The notes beneath the pieces are model-generated. The model was not told the DNA's origin and ran no database searches. It saw only the letters and a list, made by a program, of their open reading frames with translations. Shown one piece after another: positions 23,111-34,182 of a stretch of DNA of 64,000 bases (position 1 is its first letter; every line of letters starts with the position of its first letter). Both the position numbers and the translations under genes were made by a program. This stretch comes from Nitrospinota bacterium (lineage in GTDB: Bacteria > UBA8248). The stretch is taken from positions 39,857-103,856 of the forward strand of contig JAZAHK010000002.1 in assembly GCA_036231405.1 (NCBI GenBank). The letters are read 5' to 3'.

Positions 23111-24447
23111 TTTTCCAAATCACTCAATGCTCGTGTGATGAGAGTATTTCTTCTCTCTTCTTTTTTTCTTATTGAGTCTTTCAAAGTCGGAAAAATGCCA
23201 AAATTAACATTCATAGGCTGAAAATCTTCAGATGCAGATTCTGTAATATATCGGTTGAGAGCACCTATCGCAGTGGTTGAAGGTGGTATCGGTGGTTCTT
23301 CGCCTCTTAAACTAGAGACCGCGTACAATCCAGCTAAAAGACCTATCGCAGCAGATTCGACATATCCCTCTACACCAGTCAGTTGTCCCGCAAAAAATAG
23401 GGTCTTGTTTTCCTTTAACTGCAAATTTAGATTCAATAATCTAGGTGAATGTATATATGTATTTCTATGTAAACTACCATATCTTAAAAATTTAACGTTT
23501 GATAATGCTGGTAGAGTTGAGAAAATTCGTCTTTGTTCTGGATATCTCAATCTAGTTTGAAATCCAACAATAGAATAGAATTCTCCAGTTAGATTCTCTT
23601 TTCGAAGTTGGATAACTGCATAAAATCTTTCTCTGTTTTTTGGGTTTTCTATACCAATTGGTTTCATAGACCCATAAGCAAGCGTATCGACCCCTCTAGA
23701 TGCCATTACTTCTATTGGAAGGCAGCCTTCAAAAAAAATTGCTTTTTCGAAATCTCTTAGAGCTATTTTTTCCCCTTTAGTTAGTTCATTTATAAAGTTC
23801 GTGTATTGGTCTTTACTCAATCCTATGTTGATATAATCACCTCCCTCCTCAGAAGAGCCTTTGCCGTATCTTGAACCAAAGAATGCGATAGACATGTCTA
23901 TACTATCACCATATATGATTGGAGAAATCGCATCATAAAAGTAAAGATATTTTTCGTTTGTTAATTTTTTAATTTCTTCAGACAAGGAATCGCTCGTCAG
24001 GGGACCGGTTGCAATAATGGTAGTTTTATCTTTAAAAAAATCAAGACTTTCAATTTCTTCTCTGATTAAATTTATTTTGGGATTGCTTTTAATTGCTTTG
24101 GTAACGCTCTCACTAAAAATTTCTCTGTCGACAGCGAGTGCAGTTCCTGCCGGAACTTTAGATTCTTCAGCGCAATTCATGATTAAAGAACCCAGTTTCC
24201 TCATTTCTTCTTTTAGCAATCCTACGGCATTTCTGATTGAATTTGAACGGAAAGAGTTAGAACAAACTAATTCGGCAAGATTCTTAGTTTGATGCGCCGC
24301 TGTGGACTTTTTGGGTCTCATTTCATATAAATTTACTTCTATTCCAAGATTCGATGCTTGCCAGGCAGCTTCTGTTCCAGCCAAACCAGCACCTATAATA
24401 TTTAAAATATTTGAATTATGATTTGATTCAGAAATAATGTTAGACAT
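23077..24447 (-). CDS. trmFO: FADH2/folate-dependent tRNA (uracil-5-)-methyltransferase
   Basis: GAGLAGTEAA, ELVCSNS, FYDAISP, FEGCLPIE, AGQLTGVEGY, QPMNVNFG. Confidence 0.97.
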   Translation of the reverse strand: MSNIISESNHNSNILNIIGAGLAGTEAAWQASNLGIEVNLYEMRPKKSTAAHQTKNLAELVCSNSFRSNSIRNAVGLLKEEMRKLGSLIMNCAEESKVPAGTALAVDREIFSESVTKAIKSNPKINLIREEIESLDFFKDKTTIIATGPLTSDSLSEEIKKLTNEKYLYFYDAISPIIYGDSIDMSIAFFGSRYGKGSSEEGGDYINIGLSKDQYTNFINELTKGEKIALRDFEKAIFFEGCLPIEVMASRGVDTLAYGSMKPIGIENPKNRERFYAVIQLRKENLTGEFYSIVGFQTRLRYPEQRRIFSTLPALSNVKFLRYGSLHRNTYIHSPRLLNLNLQLKENKTLFFAGQLTGVEGYVESAAIGLLAGLYAVSSLRGEEPPIPPSTTAIGALNRYITESASEDFQPMNVNFGIFPTLKDSIRKKEERRNTLITRALSDLEKWKEEKLLCKI

Positions 24448-24448
24448 C

Positions 24449-26881
24449 TCAAGTTTTAGCAGTTTGGGCAGTGTCTATAAATGTGCCATCTATCTCAGCA
24501 GATGAGTAGTTGCAATCTTTCGATGGACAACTAAGAATTTCTTTTTCCTCTTTATTTTTTATTTTCGTTAAATGTGGAAAATCACACTTAGGACAAGAGA
24601 GTTTGATAGGGATTGTTGGTAGGATATATCTACATTTTGGGAATTTAGAGCAACCGTAAAAAAGATTTCCTCGTCTATTGTTTTTTCTTTCTACGAGTTC
24701 TCCGCTACAACCATTAGATCCACAACGAATTCCCAAAGTAACAGGTGGTGTAGAGATATCTCCATTTTCCTTTATACTCAACTTTGGATGTTCTTTGGGA
24801 TTTTCGAGACAAGAAAGATAAAATCCAAATCTCCCTTTGTTGCACTTCATAAGGGCGCCACAATTAGGGCAGGGAGGTGCTTTTTCTTCTAATTCGGATA
24901 TATACTTTTTCGTGTCCTCAGAATCTTCAGTGATATTTAGATCTTCACTATGTTTGCATTTAGGGTAGGAAGAACAAGCTATAAACCATCCATTTCTCCC
25001 AAATTTTTCAACTAATTCATTTTCATTACACTCTGGGCAGGTCCTTCCCGTTGATTTTGATATTTTTTTAAGGTTAGGGAGGTTCATTTTTGCTTCTTGA
25101 ACATCGTTATTAAAATTTTTATAAAAGGTTTGGAGGATTGGGAGCCAATCTTGAGTTCCACTTTCTATGTTGTCTAAGTCGGTTTCTAGTTTTCCTGTGA
25201 AGTTGACGTCTATAAGTTTTGGAAACCCTTCAATCAGTAATTTATTCACTTCCATTCCTAAAACAGTTGGTTCAAATTGACGTTTACTTTTTGGGATTGA
25301 TACATATTTTCTGGATTCTAATTTGTCAAAAAAAGATGCATAGGTACTTGGCCTGCCAATACCTTCATCTTCAAGTTTTTTTACTAAAGAAGCATCAGAA
25401 TATCTTGCAGGAGGTTGGGTGAAATGTTGTTTTTGCTCGATTGGTTCTGTATTTTCCTCCGTTTTTAAAAGAAAAACCCTTTCACCTTCAGAAAGTTCGG
25501 GAAGGAGTCTGTCTTTTTCATCTGTCGAGTTCCCTTCCTGTTCTTGTTTTTCATTTTCGTACAATTTCATAAAGCCTGCAAATTTCATTATGGAACCACT
25601 TGCTCTGAGGGTTAAATCTTCTGCTTTTACATCCACGATTGTTTGGTCATAAATAGCTTTTGTCATCTGTGAGGCAAGAAAACGTTTCCATATGAGTTCG
25701 TATACCGAGAATTCATCCTTTTTCATAAGTGATTTTAATTTTTCTGGGGTCAAGCTTACATTAGTGGGTCTTATCGATTCATGGGCGTCTTGTGCAGATT
25801 GTTTTGTCTTGTATGTATTAGGTTTTTCAGGCAAGAATTTTTCCCCGAATTCATTTTCAATAAAATTCCTTGCAGCAGCTATTGCCTCAGGCGCAATTCT
25901 TACGGAATCCGTTCTCATGTAAGTAATCAAGCCTACGGTTCCGTATTCTTTCCCAAGGTTAATACCTTCGTAGAGTTTTTGTGCTACTGACATTGTTCTT
26001 TTTGCAGAGAATCTAAGTTTTGTAGAAATTTCACGTTGTAAGGTGCTAGTTATAAATGGTGGGGAAGGCTGGGATTTCCTTTCTTTTTTCTCTACCTTTT
26101 CTATTTTTAAATCTGCATTTTCTATTATTTCTTTGAACTTTTTACATTCTTCTTGGTTAGATATTAAGAACCTGTTTTTTTTCTTTTGTTCTACTAAATC
26201 TCCAGAAATCTTGTGAAGTTTAGCTTTGAAGGGAATGAGATGGCTTGATTTTTCTAGTAATGTTATTATTTCCCAATATTCGACAGATTGAAATTGGTCT
26301 CTTTCTTTTTCACGTTCACAAATCAATTTCAACGCAACAGATTGTACTCTTCCGGCGCTTAGACCAAAAGCGACTAATGCCCAAAGTATTTCCCCTGAAA
26401 GTTTGAAACCGACTATTCTATCCAGTTTTCTTCTAGTTTCTTGAGCATCTACCTTTTTTTTGTCTATTTCTCCTGGTTTAGACAACGAATTAAGAACTGC
26501 ATTTCTAGTGATTTCGTTAAAAGAGATTCTGTAAATAGGTCTTTTCTCTTCCTTTTTTTCTATTAATTGACTTATATGCCAAGCTATGGCCTCCCCTTCA
26601 CGGTCTGGATCCGTAGCGAGAAAAATTTCATCGGCTGTCGAAGCAGCTTTTTTAAGTTCAGATATAGTTTTTTTCTTCGAGTCTATTGGTCCATAATGAG
26701 CTTTAAACTCGTTTTCTATATCTATCCCCATATTCCTTTCGCCCGTTTTTAGAAGGTCCATTAGATGACCTCTTGAGGCAAGAATTTTGTATTCTTTTGG
26801 CAAGAACTTTTCAAGAGTTCTCACTTTTGTGGGGGATTCAACGATAAGAAGTTTTTTGTTTTCTTTATTAATTTCAGTCAT
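24449..26881 (-). CDS. topA: DNA topoisomerase I with C-terminal Zn ribbons
   Basis: IVESPTK, ATDPDREGE, SAGRVQS, ITYMRTDS (catalytic Tyr), GIGRPSTYA, several C4 ribbons. Confidence 0.98.
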   Translation of the reverse strand: MTEINKENKKLLIVESPTKVRTLEKFLPKEYKILASRGHLMDLLKTGERNMGIDIENEFKAHYGPIDSKKKTISELKKAASTADEIFLATDPDREGEAIAWHISQLIEKKEEKRPIYRISFNEITRNAVLNSLSKPGEIDKKKVDAQETRRKLDRIVGFKLSGEILWALVAFGLSAGRVQSVALKLICEREKERDQFQSVEYWEIITLLEKSSHLIPFKAKLHKISGDLVEQKKKNRFLISNQEECKKFKEIIENADLKIEKVEKKERKSQPSPPFITSTLQREISTKLRFSAKRTMSVAQKLYEGINLGKEYGTVGLITYMRTDSVRIAPEAIAAARNFIENEFGEKFLPEKPNTYKTKQSAQDAHESIRPTNVSLTPEKLKSLMKKDEFSVYELIWKRFLASQMTKAIYDQTIVDVKAEDLTLRASGSIMKFAGFMKLYENEKQEQEGNSTDEKDRLLPELSEGERVFLLKTEENTEPIEQKQHFTQPPARYSDASLVKKLEDEGIGRPSTYASFFDKLESRKYVSIPKSKRQFEPTVLGMEVNKLLIEGFPKLIDVNFTGKLETDLDNIESGTQDWLPILQTFYKNFNNDVQEAKMNLPNLKKISKSTGRTCPECNENELVEKFGRNGWFIACSSYPKCKHSEDLNITEDSEDTKKYISELEEKAPPCPNCGALMKCNKGRFGFYLSCLENPKEHPKLSIKENGDISTPPVTLGIRCGSNGCSGELVERKNNRRGNLFYGCSKFPKCRYILPTIPIKLSCPKCDFPHLTKIKNKEEKEILSCPSKDCNYSSAEIDGTFIDTAQTAKT

Positions 26882-26928
26882 ATGTATCTTTATATGTTGT
26901 TCAACGTTACTAATTTTCTTGGATTAAT

Positions 26929-28506
26929 TTATAAAGCCTCAATTTCATAAGCCTCCAAATGTAACTCATCGTCCGACTTAATTACAAGTTCTAAATGGAG
27001 TTTGTTTTCTATGTCATCCAAATAGACTTTGTCCTCTTCTAGCAATCGACCGGCAACGTCTGGGTGAGCAGTCAATTTTACAGTCTTAATATTTGTGTTT
27101 CCAAAATTCATTCTTTTTATCTCTCTTAAAATTTCGTAGCAAATTGTCGTAGTTGATTTCACGTGCCCTCTTCCTTCACAGTAAGGACATCCCTCGCAAA
27201 GTGTTTTTTGGATGTTGTCCCTTACTCTTTTCCTCGTCATCTCTACTAATCCGATATCACTTATTTTTAATATGCTTGTCCTTGAGCGATCCTTCTTTAG
27301 TTCTTCATTGAAAGCGTTGAAGACTTTGTTTTTGTTCTTCTCCTTCTCCATATCTATAAAGTCAACAATAATAATACCGCCAATATTTCTAAGTCTTAAT
27401 TGGGCAACGACTTCATGGACTGCTTCTAAGTTAGTTTGGGTGATAGTTTCTTCTGGGTTCCGTTTTCCTACAAATCTTCCAGTATTAACATCGATTGTTG
27501 TCAGTGCCTCCGTTTGATCGATTGCTAGGAATCCACCACTCTTTAACCAAACCCTTCGATCCAACATTCGATCTACTTGATGTTCTATGCCATAGAAGTC
27601 AAAAATTGGTTTCTCATCTTCATGTTTAATTAATTTGGGCAACAAATGTTGGTAGTACTTAGATAGAAACCCTTTACATGTTTCAAAGCCAGATATATTG
27701 TCAATAATCATGCTATCAATTTGAGAGTTGAAAAAATCTCTGATAGTTCGTTGAAGTATTGAAAGATTTTCATGGACGACTGCTGGTGCTGAGACTCTTT
27801 TATTTTCGGTTATTATGTTGTCCCATAGTGTATTGAGAAACTGTATATTTGCTTTTAAATCTTCTTCCAAAGCGTTTTCACTTGCAGTTCGTATGATGTA
27901 ACCAGAACCTTTTTTCTTATTCTCTTTTATAAGCTTTCTGAGTCTCTGACGTTCTGAAACATTTTCTATCCTTCTACTAATTCCAACTTGGTTTACGGTC
28001 GGCATGAAAACAACATAATAGCCTGGTAAGGAGATGTAGTTCGTAAGCCTAGGTCCTTTTGTTCCAAACGGTTCTCTGCTTACTTGAACTAAAATATCTT
28101 GTCCTTCTTTGACAAGATGTTCAATTTTGGAATTTTTCCTTTTTCTTTTTTTCTTAAACTTGGCTTCTGCGCTTTTTGTAGAAAAGTTATCAAAGTCGTC
28201 TTCGTTGCCGTATAGGTCGAGAAGATCATTCTCATCAAAATCTTCTGACTCAATTTTGTTTTCATCCTCTATATCGAAAATAGGGCAGATATCATTTGCG
28301 TGCAGAAAGCCAGCTTTATTTACTCCAATGTCTACAAATGCGGCCTGCATTCCGGGTAATACCCTTTTTATGACCCCTTTATAAATATTGCCTACAATGC
28401 TTTTTTCTGTTTTTCTCTCAACAAAGAATTCAGCAAGAACCCCATTTTCTATAAGGCCAACCCTTGTCTCGAAATTTTCCGCATTAACTATAATTTTTGA
28501 TTCCAT
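26929..28506 (-). CDS. rng: Rne/Rng family endoribonuclease (RNase G-length)
   Basis: GNIYKG, PGMQAAFVDIG, IDVNTG, GGIIIVDFIDM, CPYCEGRG; no RNase E scaffold tail. Confidence 0.92.
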   Translation of the reverse strand: MESKIIVNAENFETRVGLIENGVLAEFFVERKTEKSIVGNIYKGVIKRVLPGMQAAFVDIGVNKAGFLHANDICPIFDIEDENKIESEDFDENDLLDLYGNEDDFDNFSTKSAEAKFKKKRKRKNSKIEHLVKEGQDILVQVSREPFGTKGPRLTNYISLPGYYVVFMPTVNQVGISRRIENVSERQRLRKLIKENKKKGSGYIIRTASENALEEDLKANIQFLNTLWDNIITENKRVSAPAVVHENLSILQRTIRDFFNSQIDSMIIDNISGFETCKGFLSKYYQHLLPKLIKHEDEKPIFDFYGIEHQVDRMLDRRVWLKSGGFLAIDQTEALTTIDVNTGRFVGKRNPEETITQTNLEAVHEVVAQLRLRNIGGIIIVDFIDMEKEKNKNKVFNAFNEELKKDRSRTSILKISDIGLVEMTRKRVRDNIQKTLCEGCPYCEGRGHVKSTTTICYEILREIKRMNFGNTNIKTVKLTAHPDVAGRLLEEDKVYLDDIENKLHLELVIKSDDELHLEAYEIEAL

Positions 28507-28528
28507 TATAAATTCCTAAATTATTTTT

Positions 28529-29665
28529 TTAAAATGTTTTTCTTCTTAAGTCTACACTCATAACTAGACCTATCGCTATAATGGAGGTAATAAATGAACT
28601 TCCTCCATAGCTAATTAGTGGAAGAGTGATCCCAACTATCGGGAAGATTCCGATAGTCATGCCTATGTTAAAGACTATCTGTAGTGCAAACAAAATCCCA
28701 ATCCCAAGAGCGAGAATTTTTCCGTGTTCGTCTGTTGCCTTCATGGAAATATCAAAGCATCTTTGTACGATGATTGCTAGGAGCATCAAAATTGCTATTG
28801 CTCCAATAAATCCATATTCTTCACATATGACAGAAAAAATGAAGTCGGAATGTTTCTCAGGTAAAAATTGCAAACTGCTCTGTGTTCCTCCAAGGTGACC
28901 TTTCCCCATAATTTTTCCACTTCCGATTGCAATTATACTTTGTTTGCTTTGCCATTGTGTACCCAGTGTTCCGGATTCAGGAGAGAGTAATGTCAAAATT
29001 CTTTGTTGCTGATATGGCTTTAGTAGGTAGTTCCATGAAAGGGGGATGCTTGCGCATCCAATAAACAGAAAACTAAAAAGTAACCTTCTTGTTACACCAA
29101 TTGCGAGTAAAATAATTACCGCTATTAGTATAATGACTATTGATGTACCAAGATCAGGCTGTTTGTATACCAGAATTGCCAGTGGTATTAAGAACAATGT
29201 AGGATAAAAAATGACTCTGAAAGATAAAACGTTTGATCTTTCTAATGTTCCAAGGAAGAAAGAATATATTAGAATAACTACAATCTTTGCAATTTCAGAA
29301 GGTTGTATTCTCAATGCTCCAAAAGATAACCAACGTTTAGATCCATAAACGGTATCTCCTGAAAAATATACCGTCAATAAAAGAGACAGCACTAGGATGT
29401 AAAAAACTAAGGATAGATTGACGAAATGTCTATAATGTATTGAGAGCACAATAGATATGAGTACTAAGGCAATAACAAAAAATAACAATTGTTTTTTCCA
29501 TAAATTTCTTATAAGCACGTTTTCATCTAAAAAAGTTGCGCTGTAAATCATAAAAACGCCAATTAGGCAAAGTAATATCGTTGTTATTAAAAGAGTTAGA
29601 TCAATCCTATTTGCTAATGAGGATAAAGATAAGTTTTTTTGAGACATATTGTTTTCACTTCTCAA
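28529..29665 (-). CDS. rodA: Rod shape-determining SEDS glycosyltransferase RodA
   Basis: QPSEIAK, QPDLGT, LPEKHSDFIF, LPLISYGGSS; follows mrdA. Start TTG 29665 or ATG 29647. Confidence 0.95.
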   Translation of the reverse strand: MRSENNMSQKNLSLSSLANRIDLTLLITTILLCLIGVFMIYSATFLDENVLIRNLWKKQLLFFVIALVLISIVLSIHYRHFVNLSLVFYILVLSLLLTVYFSGDTVYGSKRWLSFGALRIQPSEIAKIVVILIYSFFLGTLERSNVLSFRVIFYPTLFLIPLAILVYKQPDLGTSIVIILIAVIILLAIGVTRRLLFSFLFIGCASIPLSWNYLLKPYQQQRILTLLSPESGTLGTQWQSKQSIIAIGSGKIMGKGHLGGTQSSLQFLPEKHSDFIFSVICEEYGFIGAIAILMLLAIIVQRCFDISMKATDEHGKILALGIGILFALQIVFNIGMTIGIFPIVGITLPLISYGGSSFITSIIAIGLVMSVDLRRKTF

Positions 29666-31500
29666 TTACGAATTCCTCGTTTTTCTTTCATATAAAATTC
29701 TATAATCTCTTTTGCCATAGATCCAAAATAAGAGCCTTGTAATCCTGAGTTTTCTGCGAGTATGACAAGTGCAATTTTAGGTTTTTTAAATGGTGCAAAT
29801 GCTATGAACCAACTATGGTCTCTTCTTTTTTTTGCAAGTTCTTCTGGATTCCTCTTTCTTCCAGTGATCTCTAATTTAGCTACTTGAGCAGTACCAGTTT
29901 TACCAGAAATTATAAATGAATTGGATTTGGCTTTTTTCCCAGTTCCTTTTGGCCCATTTACTGTTTCTTTGAGAAATGTTCTGACTTTTTCTAGAAATCT
30001 ATTTTCATCGTGAATTCTTTTCCTGATAACCGGTTTTTGTTTAAAGATTTGTTTACCGCTTGAATTAGTTATTTTCTCTACTATATAGGGTTGGTAGATT
30101 TTTCCTCCGTTTGCAATAGCAGAGGTAAAACTTGCAGCCTGAATTGGAGTCATTTTATGATATCCTTGCCCTATAGACATATTCAAAGTGTCCCCAAGAT
30201 ACCAGCGCTCACGCTCCACCTTCTTTTTCCAAACTTTCGTCGGTAAAAGGCCGGAGTTTTCTATTTTCGAGAGTCCAGTTTTTTTGCCAAGACCAAATTG
30301 AGATGCATATTTCGCAATATGGTCGATACCCATTATTTTGCCAGCTTTATAAAAATATACATCGCAACTTTGTGCGATAGCATCTTTCAACCCCATTTTC
30401 CCATGCCCATGCTCTTTCCAACACTCAAATGTTTGTTTTCGTTTCCCTATATTAATTTTCCCATTGCAATAGAACTCATTTTTTTCCTTAAATTCTGGAT
30501 GAGAAAGAAATGCAAAAGCCATAATACTCTTAAAGATTGAACCCGGAGGATAGGTTCCCATTAAAGCTCTGTTCATTAAGGGATTTGAATCATTGCTTAT
30601 GATTGAATTCCAATTTTTCTTGCTGAGTTTTCCCGAGAAAATATTTGGGTCGTAGTTAGGGTGAGAAATCATAGATAAAATTGCACCACTGTTGGGATTT
30701 AATGCAATAATACTTCCTTCATACGCACTAAAAAGTTCTGATACCTTTCTTTGCAGTTTCAGGTCAATAGTTAAGTGTAAATTATTCCCTGGTTTCTGTT
30801 GAAAGGGACTTATTATCCTTTTTATTCTTCCATGTGCGTCAACTTCTCTTCTCTCAATCCCAACACCGCCCCTTAAGAATCTTTCGTGTGTTTTTTCTAA
30901 TCCTTCCTTCCCGATAAGATTCCCTTTCTTATAATTAGTCAGTTTTTTCTTATTTTTATTGGCTTTTGTAATATCTTGAGTGTCGATTTCTCGAAGATAC
31001 CCTATAAGGTGGGGATACGAACGACCAAAAGGGTATTTCCTAACTAAGACATGATCTGTAGTTACTCCTCTAAGTGAAAACTTGTTTTCTTGTACTTTTG
31101 CTAAAGTTTTTTGGTTTATATCTCTTAACAGAAGTACAGGTTTATAACGATTTTTATTCTTTATTTTCTTTATTAAAGACTTGAATTCGACTTTGACGAT
31201 AGATGATAGATTACTCAACGTTTTTTCTAGGTTTTTCGTTTTTTCTATAGTTAAGTATACATTTATAGAAGGGCGATTAACTGCAAGTTCATACCCATTT
31301 TTGTCGTAAATGAGTCCTCTTGGACTTATTATCCTTTGTTTTGAGATTGTATTATTTTTCGACCGCTCCAGGTATACTTCCCCTTTAATCACTTGCAAAT
31401 AGAAAAGTCTAGATGCGAAGATAATCATTATTAATGCGAAGGTGATATTACATACCTTGATCCTTCTGTCACTTGAATAAAATCTTCTGTTGCTTGCCAT
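29662..31500 (-). CDS. mrdA: Penicillin-binding protein 2
   Basis: PRGLIYD, SxxK (SIFK), SCD, KTGTAQ; mre operon. Confidence 0.95.
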   Translation of the reverse strand: MASNRRFYSSDRRIKVCNITFALIMIIFASRLFYLQVIKGEVYLERSKNNTISKQRIISPRGLIYDKNGYELAVNRPSINVYLTIEKTKNLEKTLSNLSSIVKVEFKSLIKKIKNKNRYKPVLLLRDINQKTLAKVQENKFSLRGVTTDHVLVRKYPFGRSYPHLIGYLREIDTQDITKANKNKKKLTNYKKGNLIGKEGLEKTHERFLRGGVGIERREVDAHGRIKRIISPFQQKPGNNLHLTIDLKLQRKVSELFSAYEGSIIALNPNSGAILSMISHPNYDPNIFSGKLSKKNWNSIISNDSNPLMNRALMGTYPPGSIFKSIMAFAFLSHPEFKEKNEFYCNGKINIGKRKQTFECWKEHGHGKMGLKDAIAQSCDVYFYKAGKIMGIDHIAKYASQFGLGKKTGLSKIENSGLLPTKVWKKKVERERWYLGDTLNMSIGQGYHKMTPIQAASFTSAIANGGKIYQPYIVEKITNSSGKQIFKQKPVIRKRIHDENRFLEKVRTFLKETVNGPKGTGKKAKSNSFIISGKTGTAQVAKLEITGRKRNPEELAKKRRDHSWFIAFAPFKKPKIALVILAENSGLQGSYFGSMAKEIIEFYMKEKRGIRN

Positions 31501-31503
31501 TTT

Positions 31504-32022
31504 TTACCTTAGTGGATAATTGACTTCTTTTTTTCTTTGAACGAATTTCGTCTGGCACTTGAATAAAAGGGAGATAAGAAGAGGGCCTAAAAACGCATTC
31601 TGAATAGCTCCTGAAATTGTTCCTAGAAGAAAATCTAATGTGATTGACTCCAAAGGCATTACAAAAAAGAAAGCTAGGGTGGTTATAAATTTATCTAAAA
31701 TCGAGAAAAAGAAGCATAAAATAAAGATAGAGAGGAAATCTTTCCTGGCATAATTGCTTTGTATTCTTCCTACAGAGAAAGTTGTAATCGTTTTCGATAG
31801 TGCGTTTATTCCGAGAATTCCTCCGGAAAGGATGTCTTTTAGAATTCCTAGAGTAAAACCTGAAATTAATGAAGTGTATTTCTCTTCGTTCATTCCAAAG
31901 AAGATTGCAACTATTAAAAATGTGTCGAGTTTTCCTCCCAGGAAAAATGCAAGAAAATCTCCTACTGTATTTTGAAAAATTATCGTAAGAATTATAACTA
32001 TTAGGGAAAAGGTAAAAGTCAT
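31504..32022 (-). CDS. mreD: Rod shape-determining protein MreD
   Basis: Small polytopic membrane protein with GFTLGILKDILSG..LG motif between mreC and mrdA. Confidence 0.85.
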   Translation of the reverse strand: MTFTFSLIVIILTIIFQNTVGDFLAFFLGGKLDTFLIVAIFFGMNEEKYTSLISGFTLGILKDILSGGILGINALSKTITTFSVGRIQSNYARKDFLSIFILCFFFSILDKFITTLAFFFVMPLESITLDFLLGTISGAIQNAFLGPLLISLLFKCQTKFVQRKKEVNYPLR

Positions 32023-32023
32023 T

Positions 32024-32842
32024 CTAATTCCTCTTTGTCACTTCCATGATTGCAAGCTCTTCAAGCTTATTGAAATTGACTGAAGGTCTTGCTTCTATTT
32101 TTTTGAACGATGAACCTTTTTTAATATTCGTAACATATCCGACACGAATTCCTTTAGGAAATACTCCGCCATGTCCAGTTGAGACTAGTAGGTCTCCAGG
32201 CAGAATGTCCGCATCTTTCGAAACAAATTTAACAGTTCCCTTGTCCATGGTTACCATAGAAAAGATTCCTTGTGATCGTGTTCTTTGCACTCTTACATGA
32301 ACAGGACTTCTTGGGTCCGTGATAAGTAATACTCTGCTTGTGAAGGGATTCGAATGCAGTATACGACCGACCAAACCGTGAGAGTTAATTGCTAACATAT
32401 TTTTTGAAATTTTATCAGTACTTCCCTTATCGATTGTGACCGTTTTTAAAAGAACATTTTTTTCTTTTCCAATAACCCTACTAAAATAGTATTTGTAATC
32501 TTTGCTTTTTTTGATTTTGAGATTTTCGTGTAATCTTGCAATTTCTGATTTTAGTTCCCAGAGGGATTTTTCAATCTCTTTCAATTCAGCCAATTCTTTT
32601 TTTAATTTAATATTCTCTTTTCTGTGGTCTTGAATGTCGAGGTAATTTCTCCATATTTTCATGCCCCAGCTTTTTGGTACTGCACTAACTTTTAAGATTG
32701 GACCAATAAAATAGAAGATAGTTTTTTCGACCGGTTCTAACATTGTCCTTGATCTGATGCTTAGCGTGATGAGTGTAAAACAAACACATAAAAGAAAAAT
32801 GAAGATGATTAAATGTTTTTTTCCGATAAAATAATTGAGCAT
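32024..32842 (-). CDS. mreC: Rod shape-determining protein MreC
   Basis: TM + coiled coil, TIDKGS, GLVGRI, GDLLVSTG.GGVFPKG. Confidence 0.94.
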   Translation of the reverse strand: MLNYFIGKKHLIIFIFLLCVCFTLITLSIRSRTMLEPVEKTIFYFIGPILKVSAVPKSWGMKIWRNYLDIQDHRKENIKLKKELAELKEIEKSLWELKSEIARLHENLKIKKSKDYKYYFSRVIGKEKNVLLKTVTIDKGSTDKISKNMLAINSHGLVGRILHSNPFTSRVLLITDPRSPVHVRVQRTRSQGIFSMVTMDKGTVKFVSKDADILPGDLLVSTGHGGVFPKGIRVGYVTNIKKGSSFKKIEARPSVNFNKLEELAIMEVTKRN

Positions 32843-32905
32843 TTGAATCTCAGAAAAAAGCCGGGCGGGTATTCTAGAGGACTTGTGTATATCAAATTAA
32901 ACAAA

Positions 32906-33952
<1,047 letters not shown>

Positions 33953-34107
33953 TTAAATACTCTAAAGATTTGAATTAACATCACTTAATAACATTTATCA
34001 GTGCTGTAACATGAACAATTTTAAAAAGCAAGCACGGACAATGAATATAGCAGTTTTAGATAAATAGAAGCATTTTTTTATATTTAGGATATTATTTATT
34101 TCCTATC

Positions 34108-34136
34108 TTGCAACTTTTTCTTCACTAAGCTAGCTT
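34108..34136 (+). promoter_or_regulatory. Probable sigma70 promoter for ppiD-like gene
   Basis: TTGCAA(34108-34113)-17 nt-TAGCTT(34131-34136) in the divergent mreB/ppiD gap. Confidence 0.45.
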
Positions 34137-34182
34137 ATTTCCCCACAGGATAACATAAAAATAGTTTCAAGGATTAATAAAA

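Noticed and set aside
34139-34147. DnaA-box-like TTCCCCACA suggesting an origin in the mreB/ppiD gap
   Set aside because: Single copy with two mismatches; no box cluster or dnaA nearby.
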